Source: a virus. From it: DNA of 64,000 bases. The stretch is taken from the IMG/VR virus record IMGVR_UViG_3300034349_000008; one strand, written 5' to 3'. Below are positions 15,933 to 22,781 of the stretch, in pieces. Made by a program: the position numbers and the translations under genes. How positions within the stretch are numbered: position 1 is the first letter of the stretch; every line of letters starts with the position of its first letter. The notes under the pieces are model-generated. The model ran no database searches. It saw only the letters and a program-made list of their open reading frames with translations, and was not told the DNA's origin.

Positions 15933-17535
15933 TCAAAATATCCTTAAGTTCGCGATCCATTTGACGTACTTGCTTTCCCATATATTCATCGAAAGCATCT
16001 TCAATTTTTGCATTGTTTTTGAATCGGTTAATCATATGTTGAACTGTGCCATTATAACCCAACAACTTCTTGGTACGAGTCAGAGCAACATACAACAGGT
16101 TGCGTTCCATATCAGGCAAACCAACCCACTCACCCTGCTGATTATACGGACTTGGGAAGTCATCTGCAAGGATTACAACATCGAACTCACGTCCTTTTGA
16201 CTTGTGTGCAGTTGTCAGTGTTACGTCTGGGTCAGCATAGTTTTTATGCTTAGACAAGACACCGAGTACTTTGTAAACAGTACCATTTTCAACCATGTTG
16301 TAAACACGTAGTAACTCACCCTGTACAGCTTGTGCCTCAACTTCGCATTCTTTCCATGTAGTAAACTGAACAAGACTTTCGTGTTTAACCTTAGTCATGT
16401 TACCGCGTTGAAGCTCAATTGCCGAATCAAGAAGCTTTGTGAAGTCAGAAACATCAATCTCAAGATTGACCTTCTTACCTTGTTCCATCAGATCAACTGC
16501 TTCAAGAATCAAAGCACCGTTTGTACGGAACAACATTGTGTACTGTTCATCCCAGACATTTGCTGGCAGTTCGTACTTAGGCATTACCTGAGTAGACAGT
16601 TTCTCCCAACCTTTTACGGAAGTGATCTTTGTACCATCAAAGGCGAGTACAGCATCTGCCAAGTCACCAATCTCTTGACCGAAACGAAAGCTTTTAGACA
16701 GATTGACTTCAGGCCAATCCAACTCAAGCATTGCGTTCATTGCACCACGCCACGAGTAAATGTTCTGGTAACCATCACCAACAGCATACAGTCTGCATTT
16801 GTCTTGTTGACGCAAGAAGATATCCAATACAACTGCGTTAACATCTTGACATTCATCAAGATACAGGACTTCATAACGAGACAGATCAGGTTTCGACAAC
16901 TGATACAGTTTCAGATATGTATCATGTGTTGCCAGAACATCAGATCGAAGGTCAGTACGCAGACGCCACAGCTTTTGTGCACAGCTAAGAACAAGGTAAC
17001 GGAATGCACGCATACTGTTCTGATCTTTCAGAAGAATCTGATCACAAGGACTTGTGGAAACGTGCTTATAACCAAGTTCATCGTCAGCAGATTGCTCATA
17101 CTTGGCAACTGTTTCTTTAATGGCTACACCAACACCGCCAGCTTTCATCTTACGAGATTCACGCTCACCTTGAATCATATAAGCGAAGTCACCAGTTTTA
17201 AAATACTTAGCAATCTCTGTACCAGTACCAGCTACGTTTTTGTAAGGACCAACTGGACGCTTCAGTTTCTTCTGAAGTTGTGCACCGAAGCTTGCATAAG
17301 CAAGACTGTGAACAGTACGACATTCAACCCAGCTAGGAAAGCGTCCCTTAGCTTCGTCAGCCAACGATTTGTTAAAGGTAAGCATGATGCTAGGGACAAC
17401 GTGTTCTTCAGCCACCATGCACAGTGTAGACGTTTTGGCAGCGCCTGCATATGCAGAGATTTTGAGTGCACGGTGAATCTTGGACATTGATACTACGTTG
17501 TTCTGTTCATCAGTTGGTACGATTACATTGCTCAT
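15925..17535 (-). CDS. UvrD/Rep/PcrA-family (SF1A) DNA helicase
   Basis: Motifs DECQD (II), GDGYQNIYSWRGA (III), TAHKSKGREFDVV and YVALTRTKKLL (V/VI). Walker A reads AYAGAAKTS, which is non-canonical. Confidence 0.85.
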   Translation of the reverse strand: MSNVIVPTDEQNNVVSMSKIHRALKISAYAGAAKTSTLCMVAEEHVVPSIMLTFNKSLADEAKGRFPSWVECRTVHSLAYASFGAQLQKKLKRPVGPYKNVAGTGTEIAKYFKTGDFAYMIQGERESRKMKAGGVGVAIKETVAKYEQSADDELGYKHVSTSPCDQILLKDQNSMRAFRYLVLSCAQKLWRLRTDLRSDVLATHDTYLKLYQLSKPDLSRYEVLYLDECQDVNAVVLDIFLRQQDKCRLYAVGDGYQNIYSWRGAMNAMLELDWPEVNLSKSFRFGQEIGDLADAVLAFDGTKITSVKGWEKLSTQVMPKYELPANVWDEQYTMLFRTNGALILEAVDLMEQGKKVNLEIDVSDFTKLLDSAIELQRGNMTKVKHESLVQFTTWKECEVEAQAVQGELLRVYNMVENGTVYKVLGVLSKHKNYADPDVTLTTAHKSKGREFDVVILADDFPSPYNQQGEWVGLPDMERNLLYVALTRTKKLLGYNGTVQHMINRFKNNAKIEDAFDEYMGKQVRQMDRELKDILND

Positions 17536-17582
17536 TTTGTATCCTGTATGTATTTTGATGTCGCCTATTCTACAGGCTTGAA

Positions 17583-17747
17583 TTAGTCTGTCAAGCCTTT
17601 AAGATTAACTTCTCTAACTGTATAATAACCACGGGTCAAAGAACCTGTTGCTTCCTCCCAATACAAATGGGAGCGAGCATCTTGTTCATCAGTAAAAGCC
17701 TCTACAAGACTACCACCTTCAACTTCACAAACAACGTAAATAATCAT
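17583..17747 (-). CDS. Hypothetical protein (54 aa)
   Basis: Hand translation MIIYVVCEVEGGSLVEAFTDEQDARSH... ATGA overlap with ORF 17744..17941. Confidence 0.45.
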   Translation of the reverse strand: MIIYVVCEVEGGSLVEAFTDEQDARSHLYWEEATGSLTRGYYTVREVNLKGLTD

Positions 17748-17941
17748 TTCCACCACTCCAAAAATCTTTTAATAAAAGGCTTGTTCATGTTCTTAGGTAG
17801 CAATTGTACATTGCTTTGAGTAGGAGTGCAACCAAATCCATGACCAATCCATGCATGTCCTGCACCATTTTTAATCTTTTTTGATCCATCAGATTTCATT
17901 TTTATTTTAACCATTGTACTTATTAAATTTCTGACATGCAA
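17744..17941 (-). CDS. Hypothetical basic protein (65 aa, TTG start)
   Basis: Track ORF. In-frame Met codons also occur at residues 10 and 15. Confidence 0.4.
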   Translation of the reverse strand: MHVRNLISTMVKIKMKSDGSKKIKNGAGHAWIGHGFGCTPTQSNVQLLPKNMNKPFIKRFLEWWK

Positions 17942-18122
17942 CCAGTGCTTCAGCTTCTGTTGTGAATGTTGCTACTACACGTGTACGTTTCTGATAATCA
18001 CCGCCACCATTACCGTAGCTTGGATCATACCACTCGGTGTAGTCTTCAACAAGGTCGTAAACAATGGTATCACTACCAAACAAACGAGTTTTCAATCTGG
18101 CTTTTATGGCGAATGTTGTCAT
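17907..18122 (-). CDS. Hypothetical protein (71 aa)
   Basis: Internal ATG of track ORF 17907..18197, placed 1 nt after the upstream stop and preceded by GAGGA. Confidence 0.5.
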   Translation of the reverse strand: MTTFAIKARLKTRLFGSDTIVYDLVEDYTEWYDPSYGNGGGDYQKRTRVVATFTTEAEALVACQKFNKYNG

Positions 18123-18123
18123 T

Positions 18124-18348
18124 TCATTTGTCCTCAGACATTGCAACAGCAAGTGTATCAGCATCAACAACCATAATTGTTTCTGAACAGTAGTCACAAC
18201 CTAAAATGAAAACACATTTCACATCACTGGTATTTAGTCTACCCTGAACAATCGATCCCGTAACTGTCTGATGTGTTCCCCAAGATAAACGACTCTCACC
18301 ACATTCAGGACATTCTATCTTACTATACATGATCTGACTAAGTTTCAT
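18124..18348 (-). CDS. Zinc-ribbon protein (74 aa)
   Basis: CPECGE ... GCDYCSE four-Cys pattern. Confidence 0.55.
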   Translation of the reverse strand: MKLSQIMYSKIECPECGESRLSWGTHQTVTGSIVQGRLNTSDVKCVFILGCDYCSETIMVVDADTLAVAMSEDK

Positions 18349-18349
18349 T

Positions 18350-18583
18350 TCAATTTCCCCGGTTAACTGTCACACAAAGGTACATCTCATAGTCTGACAT
18401 GTCATGGCAGCAAGAGCAACCATCAACCTTGATAAATTCAGGGGAGATTGTCACTTCGTCAATCGTGCAGCAACCGAAGTGATTATTTGATTGTAGAAGA
18501 AGTTCTTCCATATTGATAGTACCGAAATTACCAATCTCAATATAAAGCTGATTACTGTCGCTTACTGGCTTACTCATTTCCAA
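18350..18583 (-). CDS. Hypothetical Cys-rich protein (77 aa)
   Basis: Track ORF. GCCTID ... GCSCCHD cluster. Confidence 0.5.
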   Translation of the reverse strand: MEMSKPVSDSNQLYIEIGNFGTINMEELLLQSNNHFGCCTIDEVTISPEFIKVDGCSCCHDMSDYEMYLCVTVNRGN

Positions 18584-18717
18584 TCTCCTTCTTGTGGGAA
18601 GAGTTGTTTGATTTCACGATGTGCATATTCACGTGCTGCGTTGCGCATCCATTCTTCACCTTTTACTGGCTTTGTTAAGATGTACATCAAGATGAATACT
18701 GGTAGCTCTACGTTCAT
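18574..18717 (-). CDS. Hypothetical protein (47 aa)
   Basis: Internal ATG of track ORF 18574..18804 that forms an ATGA overlap with the stop of 18714..18902. Confidence 0.4.
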   Translation of the reverse strand: MNVELPVFILMYILTKPVKGEEWMRNAAREYAHREIKQLFPQEGDWK

Positions 18718-18902
18718 TTTGTATCTCCGCTGATCAATGTAATAGGTCCAAGCAGTGTGAACAGAAGTCCCCAAAACGCACATGTTGAGTAAGTATTCAT
18801 CCAATCGATGTTACCCTTCAGGAAATAAGCAATGATCAACAATGTAATTCCAAATAAGAACATTATAACACTTAGTGCTTTAGCAATGTTTACCGCTTTC
18901 AT
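18714..18902 (-). CDS. Two-TMD membrane protein, first gene of the leftward operon (62 aa)
   Basis: MKAVNIAKALSVIMFLFGITLLIIAYF..FWGLLFTLLGPITLI. GGAGA 7 nt upstream of ATG 18902. The longer track ORF to 19046 has no support. Confidence 0.55.
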   Translation of the reverse strand: MKAVNIAKALSVIMFLFGITLLIIAYFLKGNIDWMNTYSTCAFWGLLFTLLGPITLISGDTK

Positions 18903-18930
18903 TTTGGTGTCTCCATTTAAGATGTGGCCA

Positions 18931-18959
18931 ATCCTACCAGATGATTCGCTGGTGTCAAG
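18931..18959 (-). promoter_or_regulatory. Leftward promoter (TTGACA-17-TAGGAT)
   Basis: Reverse complement of 18954-59 is TTGACA and of 18931-36 is TAGGAT. Confidence 0.45.
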
Positions 18960-18963
18960 GGTC

Positions 18964-18992
18964 TTGACAGAAAAAGATTTCCTCTGTAGAAT
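18964..18992 (+). promoter_or_regulatory. Rightward promoter (TTGACA-17-TAGAAT, start region GGGCAACC)
   Basis: TTGACA 18964-69, TAGAAT 18987-92. Same TGTAGAATGGGC family as the promoters at 58262 and 61375. Confidence 0.5.
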
Positions 18993-19329
18993 GGGCAACC
19001 TTGACGTGATGAACGTCTCGCACTGAGAGAGAAATGTCATAACCACTCACCGACTCAGTGTTAAAGGCAAGAAGAAAGCAGGCCAACATAACGTGGAAGT
19101 GATCCCTAACGGGAGCTGGTGCAGCGTTGCGGGTGTCGTCAATGACATTTGTGCACCACGGGAGAAAGGGGTTGACACCTTATCCTATCTCGTGTACCTT
19201 GTGTACATGCCTGATGAATCGGGGTGCTAGAATCGGTGAGCATGAAGATAACTCCTTGGTTTCCGTTTGTGAAACCCTTTAGGGGAAGTCTATCTGTACT
19301 ATCTCAATGAGCATATTAGGAGAAGCTTT

Positions 19330-19545
19330 ATGAAAGCAAGTGATGTATTAAAAGTACAAGTGAAGTGGTTGAAAGAAAGATGTAAATCAATCAAGAAAGA
19401 GATTGACGAAAACAACAAGAATAAGTCAATATGGTACGAAGACTACTATGGTGATAAGCTGAAAGCAGCACTTGATGAATGTGTAGCTATCAAGATTAGC
19501 ACTGAGAAATATATGAAGAAACTGAGGCATCAAGAAAATGAGTAA
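19330..19545 (+). CDS. Hypothetical coiled-coil protein (71 aa)
   Basis: Track ORF. AGGAG 8 nt upstream. First rightward gene. Confidence 0.6.
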   Translation: MKASDVLKVQVKWLKERCKSIKKEIDENNKNKSIWYEDYYGDKLKAALDECVAIKISTEKYMKKLRHQENE

Positions 19546-19822
19546 TGTGTTAAGACAAATGTTCCAAACGATTCAAGCATTGAGTGCTGTAGCTTTGGAG
19601 AGTCATGGTGGCGTCAGTGAAGCAACGCAAAATCTTGAGTATCAAATTGCTTTGCTAGAAGATTTGTTTAAACCAGTTGAAATTACTGCTGATATGGTTA
19701 AAGAGTTGCGTTCATTGACAGGTGAGGGTATGATGTCTTGCCACAAGGCATTAAAGCATTGTTCTGGTGATATGCAAAAAGCAGTTGACTATCTAAGAAG
19801 TTCTGGTACACTCTGTATCTAA
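19538..19822 (+). CDS. Protein with EF-Ts N-terminal (UBA-like) domain look-alike (94 aa)
   Basis: [42 protein letters not shown] aligns with remembered E. coli EF-Ts [42 protein letters not shown]. Confidence 0.6.
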   Translation: MSNVLRQMFQTIQALSAVALESHGGVSEATQNLEYQIALLEDLFKPVEITADMVKELRSLTGEGMMSCHKALKHCSGDMQKAVDYLRSSGTLCI

Positions 19823-19835
19823 TTTAAACATAAAG

Positions 19836-20033
19836 GTGATGTTCATGTTCAGCTTGATATTTTGTCATGTGCTTCTTGTACTATTCAGTGTTTCGATGAT
19901 TGTAGGTTGTGGTTTGATCGCTCGTGGTGTAATCTACTCAAAAATCCTGTCATTGGTTCTAGGTATCTTGACAGTGTGGCAATCACAATATATGATTAGT
20001 GAAATGGTAATTGTGATCAACGAACTTTCGTAA
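19836..20033 (+). CDS. Small two-TMD membrane protein (about 64 aa)
   Basis: Track ORF. Hydrophobic FSLIFCHVLLVLFSVSMIVGCGLI and ILSLVLGILTVW. Confidence 0.5.
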   Translation: MMFMFSLIFCHVLLVLFSVSMIVGCGLIARGVIYSKILSLVLGILTVWQSQYMISEMVIVINELS

Positions 20034-20048
20034 TGAGGAGAAACAAAA

Positions 20049-20390
20049 GTGGCATATCGTAAGCTTGAAATTGGTGATGATGTAAAGATTGTAAAGTGTC
20101 AAGAATGGTCTGGTCAATTCGGTGAAGTTGTAGGTATCGAAGGTCAATACATTAAGGTTCGTTTCAGTTCGTGGCGTGGCGAACCTTCTATGACTCATTA
20201 CTTCACAGAAGATAAGCTTCTTGTTTCTACTGGTAACCCATATCGTAATTACTCATATGAACCAGATGATGACTTTGAAGATTTCGAAGTGCAGACACAA
20301 TATAATGACCAAACGATTCTACAAGCTTTGATTGAACGAGTTTCGAAATTGGAAAAAGAATTGCTTAACATGAAGAGTCAGGCTGCGTAG
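20049..20390 (+). CDS. Hypothetical protein with N-terminal SH3/KOW-like signature (113 aa, GTG start)
   Basis: GAGGAG upstream. LEIGDDVKIVK..GEVVGIEGQYIKVRF pattern. Confidence 0.55.
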   Translation: MAYRKLEIGDDVKIVKCQEWSGQFGEVVGIEGQYIKVRFSSWRGEPSMTHYFTEDKLLVSTGNPYRNYSYEPDDDFEDFEVQTQYNDQTILQALIERVSKLEKELLNMKSQAA

Positions 20391-20418
20391 AATGACAATC
20401 ACACCAAGGGGATATGTA

Positions 20419-20550
20419 ATGCCGTTCGATTACACTGGTTACTACTCTGTTACAGAGCTTGAGCTTCGTCGTCAACAGGAACGTAATGCGCAACGTGAGC
20501 ATGATCTTGAAAAACTTGCTCGTATGAAACGTTTGGAGATTGCAAGTTGA
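20419..20550 (+). CDS. Hypothetical small protein (43 aa)
   Basis: Hand translation MPFDYTGYYSVTELELRRQQERNAQ... Its stop overlaps the TTG start of the next gene. Confidence 0.4.
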   Translation: MPFDYTGYYSVTELELRRQQERNAQREHDLEKLARMKRLEIAS

Positions 20551-20864
20551 AAAAGTTTCTGGTAGTATTGCTGACATCACTTGCTTTATCTGGTTGTGAG
20601 CAGCGTGAAGTGTTTAGTGAAAAGCAGTTGACAATGACAGTTGAGAGTGTCAAACTCACCAGCAAGTCGAACAGCAAGGTTACTCTGCGAGATGATGCAA
20701 GTGGTCAGGTTTACTCTGACAATCGTCTCAGTTGCAACAGAACTCGTGCTAGTCGTGTTGTGATCGGTAGTAAATGGGTTGTAACTGAGGTTACATATGT
20801 GTATCCTGAAAGCAGGCGCTACACAAGTGAACTGGTTGGAACTCGTGGAATTTGCCCACAGTAA
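20547..20864 (+). CDS. Lipoprotein (105 aa, TTG start)
   Basis: MKKFLVVLLTSLALSGCEQ is a signal peptide with canonical lipobox LSGC. GGAG upstream. Confidence 0.7.
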   Translation: MKKFLVVLLTSLALSGCEQREVFSEKQLTMTVESVKLTSKSNSKVTLRDDASGQVYSDNRLSCNRTRASRVVIGSKWVVTEVTYVYPESRRYTSELVGTRGICPQ

Positions 20865-20883
20865 AAATAGTTGAAAATAATGC

Positions 20884-20912
20884 TTGACCACGGTGACCAA
20901 CCTCTGTATAAT
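20884..20912 (+). promoter_or_regulatory. Near-consensus sigma70 promoter (TTGACC-17-TATAAT)
   Basis: TTGACC 20884-89, TATAAT 20907-12. Predicted start lies a few nt before the tRNA-like gene. Confidence 0.65.
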
Positions 20913-20923
20913 GGGCACCACAA

Positions 20924-21025
20924 GACGCGGTGATGGAATTGGTAAACATTGGGGAGCAAGCACTTAACGTTAGTGCCCATACCGCTGGCTTAATTGCCTT
21001 GAGGGTTCGACTCCCTCCTGCGTCA
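20924..21025 (+). tRNA. Atypical 102-nt tRNA-like RNA gene (anticodon not assignable, no encoded CCA)
   Basis: 7-bp acceptor stem GACGCGG/CTGCGTC, U8, D-loop with GG. Canonical T-arm GAGGG-TTCGACT-CCCTC, discriminator A. The central part is about 11 nt too long, with hairpins GCACT-TAACGTT-AGTGC and GGC-TTAATT-GCC. Confidence 0.5.
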
Positions 21026-21052
21026 CTCTTATTTTAAACCAAGGAGAAACAA

Positions 21053-21955
21053 ATGAAACTGACTAACATTTTGAAAGCATCTGCACTGGCTCTTGCTGCA
21101 ACCCTGATGGTTGGCTGTGGTGAACGAGTTGAAGTTCCACCGGGTTTTGTTGGTAAGATCATGACCAAAGATGGTTATCAGGAAGGCATGATTCCAACTT
21201 CGAAACTGCGTCTTCCTGCTTGCTTGAATTACTGTGATCGTCTGGTTGTACTGGATACAACTGACAAGAGCTATGTTGAACCGATGAAGATTTTCATCCC
21301 ATCCGACAAGCTGGTTGTTGATGTTGATCTGCGTGCTACTCTGTCGGTTGATCCACAAAAGGCTGAGGCTCTGTTCAACAAACTACCACAAGCACCGGTT
21401 AACGATTACTATTCGGTAATCAATGGTCAGGCAGTATTTAGTACTTATGGTCAACAGGTTCTGCAAGCTGAAGTTCGTGCATATCTGACTCAGTACACCA
21501 TTTCGGAAATCTCTTCGAGTGGTGAGAAGATCAACGCTGACATTCAGGTTCTTCTTTCCAAGGTTATGAATGAGCGCACTCCATTTACTGTTCGTTATGC
21601 TGGTTTGACGAATATTAAGTACCCTGAAATCATCACTCAGGCTCAAGAGAATAGTGCTAAGCGTCGTGAGATGATTGCACAAGAAGAAGCACAACTTGAG
21701 GTAAGCAAAGTTCAACTGTCTCGTGAACTGCAAGAAGCTAAGATGCAGCGTGCAATCGACAAAGAGAAAGCTGAGACTGAAGCACAAGCACAGATGGTAT
21801 TGGCTAATGCTGTAGATACACGCTCTCTGCGAATCAAAGAGCTTGAGATTCAAAAGATTCTGGCTGAGAAGTGGGATGGTGGTATGCCACAAACTATCAT
21901 GGGTAATGCTAGCGGTATTCCTCAAATGATTATGGACATGCGTGGTAGCAAGTAA
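21053..21955 (+). CDS. SPFH/Band-7 (prohibitin-like) domain lipoprotein (300 aa)
   Basis: Signal peptide with lipobox LMVGCG. SPFH-like core followed by a long Glu/Ala/Gln-rich coiled coil (EEAQLEVSKVQLSRELQEAKMQRAIDKEKAETEAQAQ). AAGGAG upstream. Confidence 0.65.
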   Translation: MKLTNILKASALALAATLMVGCGERVEVPPGFVGKIMTKDGYQEGMIPTSKLRLPACLNYCDRLVVLDTTDKSYVEPMKIFIPSDKLVVDVDLRATLSVDPQKAEALFNKLPQAPVNDYYSVINGQAVFSTYGQQVLQAEVRAYLTQYTISEISSSGEKINADIQVLLSKVMNERTPFTVRYAGLTNIKYPEIITQAQENSAKRREMIAQEEAQLEVSKVQLSRELQEAKMQRAIDKEKAETEAQAQMVLANAVDTRSLRIKELEIQKILAEKWDGGMPQTIMGNASGIPQMIMDMRGSK

Positions 21956-22006
21956 TTGACTTTGGGCTACTGACTATATGCGGTAGCCCTTAATTAAGGA
22001 GATAAA

Positions 22007-22195
22007 ATGAAAGTTGGAACTGTTCTAATTGCAAAGAATAACACTGACGATATGGATGCTGGTGAGGCGTTTGTTGTAAAAAGTGTTAGTGACTTTCACT
22101 TGTATACAAATAAAGAAGATGTTGGTTGCTTCACACTTGAACCAGACCGTAATGGTTTGAGTTGGGAAACATTTTTCACAGTCAAGGAGTTGTAA
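22007..22195 (+). CDS. Hypothetical small protein, SH3-like family candidate (62 aa)
   Basis: Track ORF. AAGGAG upstream. Confidence 0.55.
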   Translation: MKVGTVLIAKNNTDDMDAGEAFVVKSVSDFHLYTNKEDVGCFTLEPDRNGLSWETFFTVKEL

Positions 22196-22539
22196 TGGTT
22201 TTCCTGATTAACTCACTACCTTTCTTCATTGTTATTCTGATGGGATTGGTTATCCGATATGCTGTACCATCGAAAGTTGGTAAAGTGATTTTTGCTGGAC
22301 TTACTGTTCTTATGTTGGTTGTGTATTTTCAAATCCAACCTAGTTACATGCCGAAGGGAACTGTGAAAACACTCCCGAACGCTGAGTTCAGAACAGTCGA
22401 TAAACCAGTTTCTGATCTAGTTCCAAAACCAAAGTCACCTGAGCAGTATGATACTGAGCGTAATGCTGCGATGGATGATATTGATCGTAAGCTTGAAGAA
22501 CAAATTATTAAACATCAAATGAAATATTATAAGGAGTAA
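22195..22539 (+). CDS. Two-TMD membrane protein (114 aa)
   Basis: ATG 22195 overlaps the upstream stop (TAATG) and follows AAGGAG. MVFLINSLPFFIVILMGLVI and VIFAGLTVLMLVVYF. Confidence 0.6.
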   Translation: MVFLINSLPFFIVILMGLVIRYAVPSKVGKVIFAGLTVLMLVVYFQIQPSYMPKGTVKTLPNAEFRTVDKPVSDLVPKPKSPEQYDTERNAAMDDIDRKLEEQIIKHQMKYYKE

Positions 22540-22543
22540 AAAG

Positions 22544-22672
22544 ATGTCCAAAGTATTTTACGAGCAAGCAAACCCACAAGGCACCACCCAGACTGCCGGT
22601 CACAAAGCTTTCAAAGTAGCTGCACCGAAGAGTCGTAAACGCGGTCGCGGTTACATCCAAGTAAGTCAGTAA
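22544..22672 (+). CDS. Small basic protein with RGR (AT-hook-like) motif (42 aa)
   Basis: Hand translation MSKVFYEQANPQGTTQTAGHKAFKVAAPKSRKRGRGYIQVSQ. AAGGAG 7 nt upstream. A strong terminator follows. Confidence 0.5.
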   Translation: MSKVFYEQANPQGTTQTAGHKAFKVAAPKSRKRGRGYIQVSQ

Positions 22673-22678
22673 TAGAGA

Positions 22679-22703
22679 GCCCCGCCATAGAGCGGGGCTT
22701 TTT
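22679..22703 (+). terminator. Rho-independent terminator
   Basis: GCCCCGC/GCGGGGC 7-bp stem followed by TTTTT. Confidence 0.8.
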
Positions 22704-22721
22704 AATGCCTGTGAAAAGGTG

Positions 22722-22750
22722 TTGACAGACATGAACACTCGGTGTAGAAT
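22722..22750 (+). promoter_or_regulatory. Sigma70 promoter (TTGACA-17-TAGAAT)
   Basis: TTGACA 22722-27, TAGAAT 22745-50. Confidence 0.6.
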
Positions 22751-22781
22751 GGACGCTCAATCAATGAGAGGAGAATCAAAG

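Larger units (their letters stand above)
18903..19329. promoter_or_regulatory. Divergent control region (about 427 bp without convincing ORFs)
   Basis: Back-to-back promoters plus further promoter-like elements (TTGACA 19172-77, TGCTAGAAT 19225-33). GTGTAC direct repeat 19192-97 and 19201-06. Hairpin GGTTTC/GAAACC 19258-76. Confidence 0.6.

Noticed and set aside
16330-17490. 386-aa plus-strand ORF opposite the helicase gene
   Set aside because: It lies entirely antisense to a gene with clear SF1 helicase motifs. The product is low-complexity, rich in Cys, Phe and Leu, with no SD or promoter. It is a by-product of the sense strand avoiding TTA/CTA/TCA codons.
20924-21025. Calling the tRNA-like gene tRNA-Arg(ACG)
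   Set aside because: The only 5-bp/7-nt hairpin would place ACG at positions 34-36, but with A33 and U37, and with about 11 surplus nucleotides around it. An anticodon assignment is not justified without a covariance-model fold.
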